The position numbers and the translations under genes are program-made. From NCBI GenBank assembly GCA_965218435.1, contig CBDCKW010000009.1, positions 1,824,001 through 1,888,000 of the forward strand: a stretch of DNA of 64,000 nt. The letters run 5' to 3'. Below are positions 61,836 to 64,000 of this stretch, one piece after another; position 1 is the first letter of the stretch; every line of letters starts with the position of its first letter. The notes under the pieces were generated by a model. The model made no database searches. It was given only the letters and a program-made list of their open reading frames with translations, and was not told the DNA's origin. Source of the DNA: Truepera sp. (GTDB lineage Bacteria; Deinococcota; Deinococci; Deinococcales; Trueperaceae).

Positions 61836-63230
61836 TCAAGTTTTAACCAACGAGGGCTCTGCAACTTGGGCTCTAAGGGCTGCTAACTGTAACCGCCGAA
61901 ACCGCCCGACCAAAAGGAAGGCAGCCGTCATCAAACCGAGGACAAGCCCCAACCACAAACCCCGACCGCCGAGCCCCAGCACAAAAGCAAAGAGAACACC
62001 CGAACTAAGGCCGACGCCCCAATACGAAGTCAGTGAAATCAGCATCGGCGCACGCGTATCTTTAAGACCGCGAAGCGCCCCGGCTGCGCTCACCTGCAGC
62101 CCGTCAAACACCTGAAACACAGCCGCAAACGCTAAAAACTGCGCCGCTCTGCGGACAACTGCCGTGTTCGCCGGGTCGGTAACATCGAGGTAAAGCCCGA
62201 CGACCTGATCGGGTAAAAACCAGAAGGTCAAGGCGCTAACGAGCATGACACAGGCGCTTAACAAGATACCGACCCAGCCCGCACGCTGAACCCCAACAGG
62301 GTCACGCCTGCCGACGGCTTGCCCGACCCGGACAGCAGTCGCCGACGCCAACCCGAGCGGCACCATAAAGGTAAAACTCGCGCTCTGAATGGCAATTTGG
62401 TGCGCCGCGAGTGGCACCGTGCCGAGCGTCCCTATCAAGACCGCCGTCGCGGAAAAAAGACCCGCCTCAAACCCGAGTGTCAGGCCAATCGGCCAGCCGA
62501 TACGGAGGAGGTCGACAAGCATGTTAAGGTCAACACCGCGAAACCGAAAGAGTCCAAATTGGGGCAGGGTGCGGGCACTATGCAGCGCCAGCAACCCGAA
62601 ACTAAGCCCGAACGAAAGGGCGCTGGCGTACCCTGTGCCAACCAAGCCAAGTGCCGGAAAACCCCAGTTGCCAAACATCAGCAAGTAGTTCATCAGCGCG
62701 TTGAAGCCGACCGCCAAAAACGCAATGACCATCACCGGACGCGGGTTTGAAATCCCTTCGAAAAGGCCACGCAAACCGACCGTCAGGAGGGCCGGAACAA
62801 CCCCCCAGGCAATCGCCTGCACGTACCCGGTCGCCAGCCGCACCGTTTCGGGCTCTTGACCCAGGAGCGGCAAGATATGGCCGATCTGCGAAAACAACAC
62901 GAGGGCCGGCACACTGAGGAGCAGCGCCAAGAAAAAACCCTGCTGCGCGGCCCTGCCCGCCGCCGCCGTCTCCCCTGCCCCGAACGCCTGCGAAACGGTC
63001 GGGCCGACCGAAAAAAGCACACCACTGCAAACCAAAACAGTCAAAAAAAAGATGCTGCCGCCGAGTGCGATACCCGCAAGCTGCGTATTACCGAGACGCC
63101 CGACCATCAGCGTGTCCACAAACGACGCCGACATCTGCGCGACTTGCGCCAAAATGAGCGGCAGAGCCAGCGTGAGCGTGCGGCGCACCTCGAGCCTCAG
63201 AGAAGGTTTTAGCACAGGTGCCGCGTCCAT
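61836..63230 (-). CDS. MATE family efflux transporter (NorM-like)
   Basis: VDTLMVGRLG, GWPIG, AAHQIA, RVGQAVG, FQVFDGLQ...GALRGLKDT. Confidence 0.93.
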   Translation of the reverse strand: MDAAPVLKPSLRLEVRRTLTLALPLILAQVAQMSASFVDTLMVGRLGNTQLAGIALGGSIFFLTVLVCSGVLFSVGPTVSQAFGAGETAAAGRAAQQGFFLALLLSVPALVLFSQIGHILPLLGQEPETVRLATGYVQAIAWGVVPALLTVGLRGLFEGISNPRPVMVIAFLAVGFNALMNYLLMFGNWGFPALGLVGTGYASALSFGLSFGLLALHSARTLPQFGLFRFRGVDLNMLVDLLRIGWPIGLTLGFEAGLFSATAVLIGTLGTVPLAAHQIAIQSASFTFMVPLGLASATAVRVGQAVGRRDPVGVQRAGWVGILLSACVMLVSALTFWFLPDQVVGLYLDVTDPANTAVVRRAAQFLAFAAVFQVFDGLQVSAAGALRGLKDTRAPMLISLTSYWGVGLSSGVLFAFVLGLGGRGLWLGLVLGLMTAAFLLVGRFRRLQLAALRAQVAEPSLVKT

Positions 63231-63291
63231 AGAGGGTGACTATACCCGGAGAAGATCAGACTTCAACCCTTTTAGCCAACGCGAAAATGCG

Positions 63292-63594
63292 TCAGCCTAG
63301 TTTTTCTTTAATAGCTGCCAACATGTTCAGGTTAGGCGGAAAAATGGGTTCAGGCAGCGCGTCAAGAGCAAAGTAGCGTAGCTCGAGACCCGTCTCCTCA
63401 AAAACTTCGCGTCGCGCAGCCTCTTCAACCGTTTCGCCCAAGTTCATGATGCCGCCCACGACACCCCAGGTGCCATCGTCTGAACGGCGCTGCAAAAGCA
63501 GACGGCCTGAGCTGTCTCTGATCAGGATGACCGCAGCGACGAAAATGGCCGGTTTGTTGCCGATCATCCCCCGGAGATAACGGATATAGTCCAT
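63292..63594 (-). pseudogene. NUDIX hydrolase with an apparent in-frame internal deletion
   Basis: Intact Nudix box GETVEEAARREVFEETG joined directly to LELRYF; about 49 aa present in the upstream paralogue are missing. Confidence 0.7.
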
Positions 63595-63597
63595 AGC

Positions 63598-63999
63598 TCA
63601 ATCTTGGCGTACAGATCGCTTTTTGATAGCCTCGAGAATAGGCAGATTCGGTTCAAAAAGATTCTCCGGAAAGGCGTTAAGCGGAAAGTAACGGAGCTCG
63701 AGCCCCTCCGCGTCGGGTTGCAGCGTGCCGTTTGTGCTGTCTGTCAAAAACGTGATGGTGATAATTTGGGCTTCATCACCGTTTGGGTAGGTATAGAAAA
63801 GTCCAATATCTTCAAAAACGCCGAACAGCTCCAAGTTACCTACAGTCAAGCCTGTCTCTTCCAAAACTTCACGCCTGGCCGCCGCTTCGAGGCTTTCGCC
63901 TAACTCCATAAAGCCGCCGATCAGACCCCAGCCAGTTCCGTCAGCACGGTGTTGCAAAAGCAGTTCACCGGCTCCGTTAAAGATTACGACGCCCGCTGT
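63598..63999 (-). CDS. NUDIX hydrolase (5' end beyond window edge)
   Basis: LLLQHRAD, GGFMELGESLEAAARREVLEETG, YPNGD. Confidence 0.88.
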   Translation of the reverse strand, partial: TAGVVIFNGAGELLLQHRADGTGWGLIGGFMELGESLEAAARREVLEETGLTVGNLELFGVFEDIGLFYTYPNGDEAQIITITFLTDSTNGTLQPDAEGLELRYFPLNAFPENLFEPNLPILEAIKKRSVRQD

Positions 64000-64000
64000 A

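Overview
Gene-dense bacterial chromosomal window of roughly 58-60% GC (estimated by eye). It is most likely Deinococcota (Truepera-like), inferred from the LysW-type lysine pathway, a Cys-free LysW and apparent leaderless promoters. From left to right it contains: (1) the end of a surface-polysaccharide locus with a legionaminic-acid-like nonulosonate pathway, an IS5-family element and a Wzc-like gene (1-14.1 kb); (2) an uncharacterised operon of TPP enzyme, enolase-superfamily enzyme, FAD/Fe-S oxidoreductase, DUF296, SDR, two His-containing membrane paralogues and a frameshifted GH15 (15-25.6 kb); (3) a cytochrome c-PQQ dehydrogenase fusion and an S41-like peptidase; (4) an alpha-aminoadipate/LysW lysine operon interleaved with accessory genes (vapBC, AlkZ/YcaQ-like, DinB, GNAT, NUDIX and a low-GC nuclease-like ORF; 31.6-43.2 kb); (5) a MalT-like NTPase-TPR-BTAD regulator divergent from two DUF1080 lipoproteins; (6) housekeeping genes (aspartate kinase with an internal beta start, glmM, kynB-kynU, wrbA-hxlR, MATE, NUDIX pair). 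The most striking non-gene signal is the palindrome CTCGAG. I counted about 140 copies by hand against about 20 expected from base composition, and two short genes look like in-frame internal deletions joined at CTCGAG or CTCG. No rRNA, tRNA or CRISPR array was seen. All functional calls come from motif recognition by eye; no database searches were run.
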